A DNA stretch of 63,822 nucleotides, filler included, from an uncultured Methanosarcinales archaeon (GTDB lineage Archaea > Nanobdellota > Nanobdellia > Woesearchaeales > CAYSVS01), in the NCBI GenBank assembly GCA_964434475.1. It is 10 parts of 10 records of this genome, joined end to end, with 100 filler letters (N's around TTAATTAATTAA, not from the genome) between each part and the next. Parts side by side here need not be neighbours in the genome. Positions count along the whole stretch, not along the records: positions 1 to 7,654 come from CAYSVS010000060.1; positions 7,755 to 15,072 come from CAYSVS010000061.1; 8 more parts are not named here. The stretch is one strand, 5' to 3'. Under the pieces are notes generated by a model, which was not told the DNA's origin, ran no database searches, and was given only the letters and a program-made list of their open reading frames with translations. A program made the position numbers and the translations under genes. Shown here in pieces: positions 1 through 10,394 of this stretch; position 1 is the stretch's first letter; the number at the start of each line of letters is the position of its first letter.

Positions 1-1
1 T

Positions 2-598
2 AATTTTCCTTCCAAATTCTAGAATTAATACATTTAATAGAAAATATACAAAATGGATATAAAGAATTGGTTCATTCCATTGTAAAGGGTGTGATATCAT
101 ACTATAAAGAAAGATTTGTAAAAAAAGTAATAATATTAAATTCATAAAATTATATATTACAAAATTCTTCTTAAGATTTTTAATAAAAAAATCATATTTT
201 CCAAGAATAGAATAGCAAAAAGCAACAGACCAATAAACTAGGCTAATTAATGAATATGATGATATTAATAGTATCTGTATAAAAATACCAATAATATTTA
301 AATATTTTAGCTCTTTTAAGCTAATTAATCCTCTTTGAATTGGTCTTTTTTTATGGAATTTATTATCATGAGAAAAATCTTTGTATTCATCTAAAACACG
401 AATATGAAATGTAAATAATAAACATACTAAAAAAGATATAATTATTTGAAAGGAATAATCAAAAATGTTCTTGTTTTCACCCATAATAACAATAAAAGAA
501 CTTAATACTACAGAAAGCGTTGTAAAAATTAAGACTGCAAAAGGGAATCTTTCTTTTTGATATTCATTAAATCTTGATAATATATTTTTTTTTGACAT
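2..598 (-). CDS. UbiA-family prenyltransferase-like membrane protein, partial (runs off window start; missing from ORF track)
   Basis: Manual translation from ATG at 598: MSKKNILSRFNEYQKERFPF...HIRVLDEYKDFSHDNKFHKKRPIQRG...LEFGRKI. Asp-rich DxxxD...RP..RG motif, multiple hydrophobic segments, no stop before position 1. Confidence 0.75.
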   Translation of the reverse strand, partial: MSKKNILSRFNEYQKERFPFAVLIFTTLSVVLSSFIVIMGENKNIFDYSFQIIISFLVCLLFTFHIRVLDEYKDFSHDNKFHKKRPIQRGLISLKELKYLNIIGIFIQILLISSYSLISLVYWSVAFCYSILGKYDFFIKNLKKNFVIYNFMNLILLLFLQIFLYSMISHPLQWNEPILYIHFVYFLLNVLILEFGRKI

Positions 599-697
599 TT
601 TTACTAGTTTAATTGAAAGATTATTTTTAAATTACTATTATTTATAAATTTGCATTAAATTAATATATAAAACTTAATATTTTATACTATATTCAAA

Positions 698-1768
698 ATG
701 AAAAAACTAATCAATTACAGTATGTGTTGGGAAGATCCTAATTTGGTATTATCAGCTTTAGATATATCTAACCAAGATACTGTTTTATCAGTAGCTTCTG
801 GAGGAGAGAATATTTTTGCCATATTGCTCAATAATCCTAAAAAAATGATTGCAATTGACAGCAACATATATCAGATTTATTTAGTCAAGCTAAAAATTGC
901 TGCAATAAAAGAATTGGAATTTGAGGAATTCATAGGATTTATTGGACTTAAAAAATGTAATGAGAGGCTAAAATACTTTAATAAATGCAAAAAGAATCTT
1001 TCTAAAAAAGAGATTGATTTCTGGAATAGATATTCAAACTATATCCGTGAAGGAATAATAAATTGCGGAAAGTTCGAATCTTATCTTAATTTATTTAGAA
1101 AATATATACTACGTTTAGTTCTTTCTAAGAAAAGAATACGACAATATCTTTCATTGCAGAATATGGCAGAGCAAAAAAAATTCTATTTGAAATATTGGAA
1201 TAATCTGAGATGGAAACTGCTTTTTAAAATATTCTTCTCAAGAAAATTGATGCAGTTATTAGGAAGAGATAAAAAATATTTTAAGCATAATCGTATTAAA
1301 AATATTGCATCTCATTTTTATCATAATGCAGAGAAAGGCATAATAACAATTCCAGTTAAAGATAATTACTTTATGCATATGATATTGACAGGCAAAATCC
1401 CTATACCTATTAAAGATCATCCATATTTGGATAAGAATAATTTCTTGAAACTAACGAAAAAAGTGGATAGTATAAATTTTGTCAATGAGAATTTATTAAA
1501 TTTTTTAAGATTCTCTAAGGATAAGATAGACAAATACAATCTTTCTGATATATTCGAGAAAGATACTCCAAAAACTTATGAGGAGATAATCTTTTTGATA
1601 TCTAATAACTCAGTAAAAGGCTCAAGATTGTGTTATTGGAATAATCTAGTAGAAAGAAGAAATCATTCTGTAAATAAAATCAAGAAAAAAAAGAAACTTT
1701 CACAAAAATTATTCAACAAGGATAAAGTTTTATTTTATTCTAATTTTATAGTTGAAGAAAAAATTTAA
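698..1768 (+). CDS. DUF3419 / BtaA-like SAM-dependent 3-amino-3-carboxypropyl transferase family protein
   Basis: N-terminal YSMCWEDP, SAM-binding VLSVASGGEN, D.N..Q...LK, NYF, and C-terminal LSDIFE and YWN, as in the BtaA family. Confidence 0.8.
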   Translation: MKKLINYSMCWEDPNLVLSALDISNQDTVLSVASGGENIFAILLNNPKKMIAIDSNIYQIYLVKLKIAAIKELEFEEFIGFIGLKKCNERLKYFNKCKKNLSKKEIDFWNRYSNYIREGIINCGKFESYLNLFRKYILRLVLSKKRIRQYLSLQNMAEQKKFYLKYWNNLRWKLLFKIFFSRKLMQLLGRDKKYFKHNRIKNIASHFYHNAEKGIITIPVKDNYFMHMILTGKIPIPIKDHPYLDKNNFLKLTKKVDSINFVNENLLNFLRFSKDKIDKYNLSDIFEKDTPKTYEEIIFLISNNSVKGSRLCYWNNLVERRNHSVNKIKKKKKLSQKLFNKDKVLFYSNFIVEEKI

Positions 1769-2634
1769 CTATAGATATTTATTGCTTTTGGATGTATTTT
1801 AAATTCAAAATTATCATTCAGCTCAAGCAATTCTCCATCTGCCATAAACCACTCTTTTTTATCTAATTGAATTTTTAGCGATTTTACTATTTTAGTTACG
1901 CAATCTCTTAAATTTATGTGTTTTCCTTTAATTACTTTTTGAACAACTGAAAATCCAGATATTGCATTTTTAGGTTTAGGAATGTAACACACTTCAAAAA
2001 AACCATCATCATTGACAGAGCTTGGAGTAAGATTGAATCGTTTGCCAATAAAAGCTTGATTGCCTACAGCAAAAAACATCAAATCTTGATTTATACCTTT
2101 TATTCGTGCTCTAGAATATTTAATAAAAACTTTTTTTAGCACAGAATAATAATAGGTCATATCTCTTAATAATTTATTTGATATTTTTTTTGAATTCTTG
2201 TTTACATCTTGAATTACTTCAGCAGGCAAGCCAAAACCACCTCCAGTGATAAAATACTTATCATTTACCTGAATAATATCTATTTTTTTTACTCTATTTT
2301 TCTTAATAAGCTTGTATGCATTATCTAAATTAAATGGGATATTTAATTTCCTGGCTAAATCATTAGCTCTTCCACAAGGTATAATGCCTACTTTTAGATT
2401 TTTTTTAATCTTTTCATCTAATTTCATATAATTATTTATGAAGTAATTAACTGTTCCGTCTCCACCACAAACAATAAAAGAATCACATCCTTTTGATATA
2501 TTCTCTTTTAGATTTTCTAGAAATTTTTTTTGGTATTTATTAGTGAATATTATATTGCTTCTATTTGAAAAAAAATCTCTTGCTTTATTTACTTCATTTG
2601 CATATTTGTTAATTATGATTATTTCTTTTGACAT
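1765..2634 (-). CDS. Diacylglycerol/lipid kinase family protein (YegS/DgkB-like)
   Basis: CGGDGTVN, GIIPCGRANDLAR, GGGFG, DDG and ADGE motifs. Confidence 0.9.
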   Translation of the reverse strand: MSKEIIIINKYANEVNKARDFFSNRSNIIFTNKYQKKFLENLKENISKGCDSFIVCGGDGTVNYFINNYMKLDEKIKKNLKVGIIPCGRANDLARKLNIPFNLDNAYKLIKKNRVKKIDIIQVNDKYFITGGGFGLPAEVIQDVNKNSKKISNKLLRDMTYYYSVLKKVFIKYSRARIKGINQDLMFFAVGNQAFIGKRFNLTPSSVNDDGFFEVCYIPKPKNAISGFSVVQKVIKGKHINLRDCVTKIVKSLKIQLDKKEWFMADGELLELNDNFEFKIHPKAINIYS

Positions 2635-3116
2635 TCTATGTACTTGTTGAATTATTCTATATAATGTTTACTATGTTTTCTCACCCCTTCTAAAAACATA
2701 AATTTTCGAGCAACGAAATTGTGAGCGTAGATAACAAGTAAAAATATAAAAAAATTTGGTAAATTAGATAAAAGATTTGTTGAACCACATTTATTTTGGT
2801 ATTGTAATAGACAAGGTACAAGAACAGCAGCAGCAAATTATGGAATGAATCAAAATTTTGATCGCATTATGAAAGACTATGATGGAAATATAATATTAAA
2901 ATTCATCCCTCATGTTTAAGGTGTTCTCGTGATTGTGTATAACATCAGTTATATTCTCTGAATTACTAGTAAAGCGTAGCGACACAGAGTATTTTATGAA
3001 TATGCAAATACAGGTATTTTCTAGCAGTCTACAATCCAGGGATATGTTATGCGAAATAGCACATTGAAACCTTTACTACAAAAACATTTAAAATTAAGCA
3101 CATTTCTCTATCACAT

Positions 3117-3692
3117 ATGTCATTTGAACTTAACAAAAAAAACTGCTTAAATAAGCTTGATAAGAGCAAAATAGGAGCTATAGACAAGGATATAAGGCCT
3201 TTAGTTGATCTTATCAACAAAAGCGATAACTATTACACAACTTCAAGCTGTGCTGGTAGAATAGTTATTCTAGCTCACAATAACCATAAAAAAAACGAAT
3301 GTGAATGGCTTTTAAGCAGCCATGATACAATAACGTTAGAGCAAGCTAAAAAAGCACTAAAAGACATACCAAAAGATAAAGATATCTGGCTTATGGAAGA
3401 ATCCACTATAATCCATATAGACTGCAGAACATTAGAACATGCAATCCAATTATTAAATCTAGCAAAACCATTAGGTTTCAAAAGAAGCGGAATAACATCA
3501 ATAGGAAACAAGATAATCCTTGAAATAATGGCAACAGAACACATGGATACTATAATCGGAAAGCAAGGACAAATTATAATAGATGACAACTACCTAAATA
3601 TAACCATACAAGAAGCTAACAAAAAACTGTTAAGAACAAAAAAAAAGATCAAAAGAATTGAACAACAATTAAAAAAATATATTAAAAAATAA
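3117..3692 (+). CDS. taw3: tRNA wyosine-pathway methyltransferase Tyw3/Taw3
   Basis: DKSKIGAID, YYTTSSCAGRI, SH, GFKRSGI motifs. Confidence 0.9.
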   Translation: MSFELNKKNCLNKLDKSKIGAIDKDIRPLVDLINKSDNYYTTSSCAGRIVILAHNNHKKNECEWLLSSHDTITLEQAKKALKDIPKDKDIWLMEESTIIHIDCRTLEHAIQLLNLAKPLGFKRSGITSIGNKIILEIMATEHMDTIIGKQGQIIIDDNYLNITIQEANKKLLRTKKKIKRIEQQLKKYIKK

Positions 3693-3702
3693 AAATATTT
3701 TC

Positions 3703-6012
3703 TTATGGCTTGATCAAGAAAGCCACAGCAAAATAACCTATTCCTGCTATTGCAGCAACATTGAGCAGCACCAACAATGTAACATAAAAGCCGCTGTCTG
3801 TAAACGAACTTTTGCTTACTGTCTCCGATTGTCCAGATACTATCTGTGATGCAGTTGGATCAGAGAATAGACTTGAATCTATATCTGTCTTCAAGACAAC
3901 ATTATCTGCTTTCTCTTCTTCTTTATCACTTGACATATCCATTGAGCAATCAGTAACAACTAAAGTAATAATTTCAGTATCAGCATTAATTCCATCTTCA
4001 TACTCTACAGTTACTTCAATAGTGTATGTTCCTGCCTTAAAATCATCATCTATATTAACAGGCAAAGATTTATGAAATTCTGAATCTTCATCATCATATC
4101 CAGCATCAAGATCAATATCTGATTTCTTGAAGTTTATGCCTAGTTGAGTTGCCTTGATAATCAATGTAACATCCTCTTGATCATCTGAACCAAGATTCTC
4201 GATAACAACATTTAATGTTGTATCCCTTATACACTGCATCTCTTCTGTACCTAGTTCTGCTCTTGTTATCCTTACATCGTCATCTTCTTTCTCTACATCA
4301 ATATATACGGTCCATGAAGTATAGTGGTCAGCACCTTCTTCATCTTCACCTTCTGCTTCTATCAATACCGAATATGTACCTTCGTCCGCATTTTCAGGCA
4401 CTTCGAAATCAATAGATACGTCTTTTTCCGTTTTTCCATCTTTGATATCAAAAGAAGAGCTTTCCTCTTCAAGATCATCACCGTCATCTATTCCGTATAT
4501 AGTTATGGTAACAAAAACATCCTCCATCCTTATATCACTGCTTGAATCATATAGGTTCTCAACATCAACAAGGAATTCAAGTTCATCGCCTATATTGATA
4601 TTATCTTCTGTTTCACCGTCATCCAAGTCGCTAGATTTACCGTTAACCTTAATATCAACATCATCTATTTCAAGCTTCGATTCAGCCTGTAAAGTAAAGG
4701 TTGATATTGTAGCATTGTAGTTATCGCTTAATATTATTATGTTACCTATATCTGTAATTATTGAATTTTGCTTTTCTGGAACAAAACATTTTACATATAT
4801 TGTCTTGTTCTTATTGCTATCACTCAATCCTAACTGACTGAAAGTAAGATCGTCATAATAATTAGTGTTGTCTTCTGAAAACTTAACAACATAATCAGAT
4901 GATGCTGTTGAAGATATGTTAAAATTATTCAAAGCATAATCTCCAGTGTTTGATAATACGAATGATACTGGTGATGTTGTTGTATTTCTTTCTTGGCTGT
5001 TGCTTCCTAATGCAACGCTGCTAGGATAACTAAAACTATAAGAAGGTTCTCTTAGATTAACCTTGACTGAACCGGTTTTGTTTAATCCTTCATATGAAAC
5101 ATTAACCTGTGCAGTATAATCGCCAGTGCTTATATTAGCATCTGCAGGCAATGTTGCAGTAAGCTGCACATCATATTTACCATTATCAGCTATGCTTATT
5201 CCAGTTTGTGTTGTTGCGAATGATATTACATCATCGCCTTTTTTCAAATCTCCCATAACAAAGCTAACTCCTGTCAAAGGCATATTTCCTGCTTCTGTTA
5301 AAGTTAGGTTAAAATTTACACTATCTCCGCCAGAATACTTGATCAACTGAGGAGTTGCAGGTGATTGAGATATAGTAACATCTGGGTTTTGAGCCTGGGA
5401 TGTTATCTTAAATCTGGTTGATGCTGTTTTTGCATTTGCATCATTATCATTTACTGTAACATTACAATAAGAATTTCCTACATAACCTTCATCAACTGTA
5501 AATGTTAGGTTAGAACCGGTTATTGTACATGTAACATTATCAGAATCAGCAACTGCAGTATAGTTCAAAGCACTATTGTCAATATCATCCAAGTCTGATG
5601 CTGTTGCGTTTAAGTCGATTGTTTTTGCAATTCCTGCAACTGCACCCTGCTCGCTTATGCTTATCGCAGGCGCTCTGTTAGTGTTTGTAACTGTCAAAGT
5701 AAAGGTGGTTGAATTTGACGAATTACCATCACTAGCATTAATCAATACATCATAAGTTCCTGCATCATCAAAATCAGGAGCTATAGTAAACACTGCGCTT
5801 GTATTTGTAATTGAACTTAATGTTCCAAAAGTCGAATTATCTGTTAAACTTAAAGAACCATTGTCATATTGTGAATATGTAATGTTCAACACAAGTGTTG
5901 AATTTTCTGCTGTTGTATTATCTGGAATCGCGTCCAAAGTAGGATTTGCGCTTGCAAATGCCATAATTATTAAAAACATAAAAATTGTCAGTAAAACACT
6001 TTTTTTCATCAT
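3703..6012 (-). CDS. Putative S-layer/cell-surface glycoprotein with tandem Ig/cadherin-like domains
   Basis: N-terminal signal peptide, many N-x-S/T sequons, acidic beta-rich repeats (GTY.I.V, N.G motifs), C-terminal TM anchor. Confidence 0.7.
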   Translation of the reverse strand: MMKKSVLLTIFMFLIIMAFASANPTLDAIPDNTTAENSTLVLNITYSQYDNGSLSLTDNSTFGTLSSITNTSAVFTIAPDFDDAGTYDVLINASDGNSSNSTTFTLTVTNTNRAPAISISEQGAVAGIAKTIDLNATASDLDDIDNSALNYTAVADSDNVTCTITGSNLTFTVDEGYVGNSYCNVTVNDNDANAKTASTRFKITSQAQNPDVTISQSPATPQLIKYSGGDSVNFNLTLTEAGNMPLTGVSFVMGDLKKGDDVISFATTQTGISIADNGKYDVQLTATLPADANISTGDYTAQVNVSYEGLNKTGSVKVNLREPSYSFSYPSSVALGSNSQERNTTTSPVSFVLSNTGDYALNNFNISSTASSDYVVKFSEDNTNYYDDLTFSQLGLSDSNKNKTIYVKCFVPEKQNSIITDIGNIIILSDNYNATISTFTLQAESKLEIDDVDIKVNGKSSDLDDGETEDNINIGDELEFLVDVENLYDSSSDIRMEDVFVTITIYGIDDGDDLEEESSSFDIKDGKTEKDVSIDFEVPENADEGTYSVLIEAEGEDEEGADHYTSWTVYIDVEKEDDDVRITRAELGTEEMQCIRDTTLNVVIENLGSDDQEDVTLIIKATQLGINFKKSDIDLDAGYDDEDSEFHKSLPVNIDDDFKAGTYTIEVTVEYEDGINADTEIITLVVTDCSMDMSSDKEEEKADNVVLKTDIDSSLFSDPTASQIVSGQSETVSKSSFTDSGFYVTLLVLLNVAAIAGIGYFAVAFLIKP

Positions 6013-6201
6013 TTTTTGACCACCTTTGATTAGTATAATTTTGTGAAATTCATCTAAATTTTTAGTAAGTTGTCACTGTTAAGTACTAATAGTATTTAAA
6101 TCTTATGGATTTTCACCCCTTTGAAAACCACTCTTTTGTTTCTATTGAGTAGTGGCGATTATATTTAAATCTTTCCTATATCATATTAATATATTTATAT
6201 A

Positions 6202-6801
6202 ATGAACAAAATAACAAATAAAATGAAAATATTAAAAGTTGCTATAAGATCGATTAAAGAAAATAAGAACAACATTAAAATAATCAGCTATCTATTCATA
6301 TTAGGCCTGATTTTAGGCATACTCTACCATTATATGCTTCCTCAGGAGATTATGGAATATCTAAAAGAGATAGTCCTAAACCTTGAAACAAGTTCGGCAA
6401 TAGAAATATCTATTTTCATAATGTTGAATAATATAAAAGTCGCATTATATTCCATGATTTTAGGCATATTCTTGGGAATCGTTCCTATGTTAGGAGCATT
6501 GACAAATGGATTTGTCATAGGCAGCATAATAAGAAAAACAGTCCAACAGACAAGCATGTTAACACTATGGAGACTTTTTCCGCATGGCATATTTGAGATA
6601 CCTGCAATTTTGATAGCTTTCAGCTTTGGATTAAGATTAGGAAAATCATGGATCAAAAAAAATAAAGAAAATATGTTCAAGATAAGCAAAAAAGGTTTAT
6701 TAGATGCAATAATAGAATCTATCAATGTATTTATAATTATAATCCTACCATTACTTATAATAGCAGGAATTATAGAAGGAATATTATTCGGAATAAAATG
6801 A
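6202..6801 (+). CDS. SpoIIM (stage II sporulation protein M)-family membrane protein
   Basis: IMLNN, NGFVIG, PHGIFEIPA, AGIIEG motifs. Confidence 0.85.
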   Translation: MNKITNKMKILKVAIRSIKENKNNIKIISYLFILGLILGILYHYMLPQEIMEYLKEIVLNLETSSAIEISIFIMLNNIKVALYSMILGIFLGIVPMLGALTNGFVIGSIIRKTVQQTSMLTLWRLFPHGIFEIPAILIAFSFGLRLGKSWIKKNKENMFKISKKGLLDAIIESINVFIIIILPLLIIAGIIEGILFGIK

Positions 6802-7643
6802 TATATCCGCCGCAAGAAGACAGCTATCTGCTTAAAGAGCAGTTAAAGCAAAATATTAAGAAAACAGACATTGTGCTAGACATAGGCACAGGCTCAGGAA
6901 TTCTTGCATTAGAAGCTTCTAAATACGCAAAAAAGGTTATGGCTATAGATATAAACAAAAAAGCAATAAAAGAATTCGCTAAAACATTAAAAGAAAACAA
7001 AATAAAAAATATAGGATTAAAAACATCAGATCTGTTCTCTGAAATAAAGCAAAAATTCAATATAATCATATTCAATCCGCCATATCTTCCTTTTGATGAA
7101 AAAGAGGACAAAGCCACAAGATTAGCCACAACAGGCGGTAAAAAGGGCTATGAGATCATAGAAAGGTTCATTGAAAAAGCAGATCAACATCTCAAGGATA
7201 AAGGAAAAATACTGCTTTTATTCTCATCATTGACAAACAAGAACAAAGTTGATGAGATAATAGAAAAATACGGATTCAAGCATAAGGAAATAGCAAAAAA
7301 AAGGATGTTTTTTGAAGAATTATACGTTTATCTGATAACAAGAACAGAAGAATTAGAAAGGATAAAAAAACTAAAGATAAATGACCAAAACATTAAAAAT
7401 ATAAAAAAATTTACAAAAGGCCACAGAGGCTTGATATTTACAGGAACATTAAAAAACAAAAAAGTTGCTGTAAAAATCCAGAGAAAGGACATAGATGCAA
7501 AAGGCACAGTCAATAGAGAAATAAGATTATTGAAGAAATTAAACAAGAAAAATATAGGCCCTAGGCTATTGAACCATAGCAGCAGTATGTTCGTATATGA
7601 TTTTATAGAAGGAGAATTTATAGAAAAACACATAAGAATATAA
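6798..7643 (+). CDS. HemK2/PrmC-like (N6AMT1-type) methyltransferase fused to a protein-kinase-like domain; probably truncated at contig end
   Basis: IYPPQEDSYLL, LDIGTGSG and FNPPY motifs, followed by kinase N-lobe features (KGHRGLIF, VAVK, NRE, IGPRL, FIEG). Stop lies at a poly-A run at the contig edge. Confidence 0.8.
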   Translation: MIYPPQEDSYLLKEQLKQNIKKTDIVLDIGTGSGILALEASKYAKKVMAIDINKKAIKEFAKTLKENKIKNIGLKTSDLFSEIKQKFNIIIFNPPYLPFDEKEDKATRLATTGGKKGYEIIERFIEKADQHLKDKGKILLLFSSLTNKNKVDEIIEKYGFKHKEIAKKRMFFEELYVYLITRTEELERIKKLKINDQNIKNIKKFTKGHRGLIFTGTLKNKKVAVKIQRKDIDAKGTVNREIRLLKKLNKKNIGPRLLNHSSSMFVYDFIEGEFIEKHIRI

Positions 7644-7654
7644 AAAAAAAAAAA

Positions 7655-7754
7655 NNNNNNNNNNNNNNNNNNNNNNNNNNNNNNNNNNNNNNNNNNNNTT
7701 AATTAATTAANNNNNNNNNNNNNNNNNNNNNNNNNNNNNNNNNNNNNNNNNNNN
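7655..7754. other. Artificial contig linker (N44-TTAATTAATTAA-N44). Same linker at 15073-15172, 22195-22294, 29190-29289, 36101-36200, 42660-42759, 48967-49066, 54822-54921, 60665-60764.
   Basis: Identical 100-bp spacer carrying stops in all six frames; contig lengths decrease along the window. Confidence 0.98.
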
Positions 7755-7892
7755 AATATTGCAAAATTAATAAATATAGAAATTGCAAGAATTTTCAAAT
7801 CGTACAATACTCCCTTCTTTTAAAAACATTTAAATATAAGAATTATATTATAAAACCTGTATTTCATATTCATAAAAAAAGAGGTGTACCTG

Positions 7893-10382
7893 ATGGCAAA
7901 AAAAGGTTCTAAATCAAAGTCTAAAAGCTCCAGTTCTAAGAAAAGCTCAAGATCAAATAAAAAGATATCAAAAAATGATACTAAATCAACAAAACTTGTT
8001 CTTTGGTTCAAGGAATTGACTAATGATGATGTCGCTCTTGTAGGAGGAAAGAATGCGAGTTTAGGAGAGATGTACAGGGAATTGACAAAAAAAGGAATCA
8101 ACATTCCTAATGGTTTTGCAGTTACAGCTTATGCATACAGGGATTTTATGGAATCTACTGGTACTATGGATAAGATAAAGAAAGCACTTAAGGATCTAGA
8201 CACCTCAAACATGCGCAATCTTCGCGAGAAAGGAAGCAAAGTAAGAAGATTGATAGTTGATGCAGATTTTCCTGAGGATCTTAATGAAGCTATACGTAAA
8301 TCATACAAGCAGATGGAAACAAAATACGGAAAGGATTGTGATGTTGCTGTAAGAAGTTCAGCAACTGCTGAGGATTTACCAGATGCAAGTTTTGCAGGAC
8401 AGCAGGAAACTTATCTTAATATTAGAGGAGAGCATGATCTGCTTGAGGCATGCAAGAAATGTTTTGCTTCTTTGTTTACCAATAGGGCTATAAGCTACAG
8501 GGAAGACAAGGATTTTGATCATTTTTCTATAGCTTTATCTATCGGTGTGCAGAAGATGGTAAGAAGCGATAAGGCTTGTTCAGGAGTAATGTTCTCTATC
8601 GATACAGAATCAGGATTTAAGGATGCTGCTTTTATTACTGGAGCTTATGGTCTTGGTGAAAATGTGGTGCAGGGGGCTGTTAATCCTGATGAGTTTTATG
8701 TGCATAAGCCTACGCTGATGAAAGGCTTTAAGCCTATAATAGAAAAATCATTGGGATCAAAAGATAAAAGGATGGTATATGATACTCAGGGCAACAAACC
8801 TACTAAAAATATATCTGTATCAGAAGAGGACAGAAAAAAGTTTGTGCTTAAGGATGATGAGATATTGACATTAGCTAAATGGTGCACTATCATAGAAGAA
8901 CATTATACCAAAAAAAGGAAAAAATATACTCCTATGGATATGGAGTGGGCAAAAGACGGTAAATCAAACAAATTGTATATTGTACAGGCTCGTCCAGAAA
9001 CAGTTATGAGCCAGAAGGATGTAAATGTGCTGGAGGATTATGTCCTTAAAGAAAAAGGTAAAGTTCTGGTAAAAGGCAAGTCAGTTGGCTCAAAGATAGG
9101 TCAGGGCAAGGTAAACATAATCAAGGAAGCAGCAAACATAGATAAGTTCAAGAAAGGTCAAGTTCTTGTAACAGAGATGACTGATCCTGACTGGGAGCCT
9201 ATTATGAAGATAGCAGGCGCTATAGTTACAAATAGGGGCGGAAGAACATGCCACGCTGCTATAGTTTCAAGAGAATTAGGCATACCTTGCATAGTAGGTA
9301 CAGAAAACTGTACAGAGATATTGAAGAAGGGTCAAGATGTTACTGTAAGCTGCGCAGAAGGTGAAGAAGGCTTTGTCTATAAAGGCAAGCTTAAGTTTGA
9401 GGTTGAGAAACACAACCTTAAGAATCTTAAAAGGCCAAATACAAAAGTGATGATGAATCTTGGAAATCCTGAATCTGCTTTTGAATTTTCCTTTATACCT
9501 AATGACGGTGTCGGATTGGCAAGGATGGAGTTCGTGATAAATGAATCTATCAAAGTGCATCCGAAGGCTTTGATAAATTTCAAGAAGCTTAAGGACAAGG
9601 ATGCTAAACAGAAGATTAAGGAATTAACATTTAATTATAAAGATAAGAAAAAGTTCTTCATAGACAAACTAGCTCAAGGCATAGGCAAGATCGGTGCAGC
9701 ATTTTATCCTAAAGATGTCATAGTAAGGATGAGCGACTTTAAGTCAAATGAATATGCTAATCTTATAGGTGGAAAAGAGTTTGAGCCTGACGAAGATAAT
9801 CCTATGATTGGATGGAGAGGAGCGTCCAGGTATTATGATGACAATTACAAGGACGGATTTGCTTTAGAATGTAAGGCTATGAAAAAAGTACGTGACGAGA
9901 TGGGATTGACGAATGTTAAATTGATGGTTCCATTTTGTCGTACAATAGAAGAAGGCAAATTAGTTCAGAAAGAGATGGCAAAGCATGGCTTGAAAAGAGG
10001 TAAGAATAAATTACAGTTATATGTGATGTGCGAAATTCCAAGCAATGTAATATTGGCTGACGATTTTAGCAAGATCTTTGATGGCTTTAGTATAGGAAGC
10101 AATGACCTTACGCAATTAACATTAGGTGTTGACCGAGATTCTTCTTTGGTTGCACATGTCTATAACGAAAGGAACATGGCTGTTAAGAATATGATTGCTT
10201 TGGTAATATCAAAAGCAAAGAAGAATAAGAGAAAAATAGGTATATGCGGTCAGGCTCCAAGTGATTTTCCAGAATTTGCACAATTCCTTGTTAGGCAAGG
10301 CATCGATAGCATTTCATTGAATCCTGATACTGTATTGAAAACAACACTGAAGATTCTGGAGCAGGAGAAGAAGCAGAAGTAG
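7893..10382 (+). CDS. ppsA: Phosphoenolpyruvate synthase
   Basis: VGGKNASLGEM, AVRSSATAED...SFAGQ, GGRTCHAAIVSRE (phospho-His), FSIGSNDLTQ, GICGQ. GAGGTG ribosome-binding site precedes ATG 7893. Confidence 0.97.
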   Translation: MAKKGSKSKSKSSSSKKSSRSNKKISKNDTKSTKLVLWFKELTNDDVALVGGKNASLGEMYRELTKKGINIPNGFAVTAYAYRDFMESTGTMDKIKKALKDLDTSNMRNLREKGSKVRRLIVDADFPEDLNEAIRKSYKQMETKYGKDCDVAVRSSATAEDLPDASFAGQQETYLNIRGEHDLLEACKKCFASLFTNRAISYREDKDFDHFSIALSIGVQKMVRSDKACSGVMFSIDTESGFKDAAFITGAYGLGENVVQGAVNPDEFYVHKPTLMKGFKPIIEKSLGSKDKRMVYDTQGNKPTKNISVSEEDRKKFVLKDDEILTLAKWCTIIEEHYTKKRKKYTPMDMEWAKDGKSNKLYIVQARPETVMSQKDVNVLEDYVLKEKGKVLVKGKSVGSKIGQGKVNIIKEAANIDKFKKGQVLVTEMTDPDWEPIMKIAGAIVTNRGGRTCHAAIVSRELGIPCIVGTENCTEILKKGQDVTVSCAEGEEGFVYKGKLKFEVEKHNLKNLKRPNTKVMMNLGNPESAFEFSFIPNDGVGLARMEFVINESIKVHPKALINFKKLKDKDAKQKIKELTFNYKDKKKFFIDKLAQGIGKIGAAFYPKDVIVRMSDFKSNEYANLIGGKEFEPDEDNPMIGWRGASRYYDDNYKDGFALECKAMKKVRDEMGLTNVKLMVPFCRTIEEGKLVQKEMAKHGLKRGKNKLQLYVMCEIPSNVILADDFSKIFDGFSIGSNDLTQLTLGVDRDSSLVAHVYNERNMAVKNMIALVISKAKKNKRKIGICGQAPSDFPEFAQFLVRQGIDSISLNPDTVLKTTLKILEQEKKQK

Positions 10383-10394
10383 GATTTACTCCTT

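Noticed and set aside
2731..2919. Open frame ...KLDKRFVEPHLFWYCNRQGTRTAAANYGMNQNFDRIMKDY...
   Set aside because: No suitable start and no recognisable family. It may be a gene remnant but cannot be supported.
7655..7754. Regularly spaced TTAATTAATTAA palindromes within N runs
   Set aside because: Artificial contig linkers. Adjacency across them has no biological meaning.
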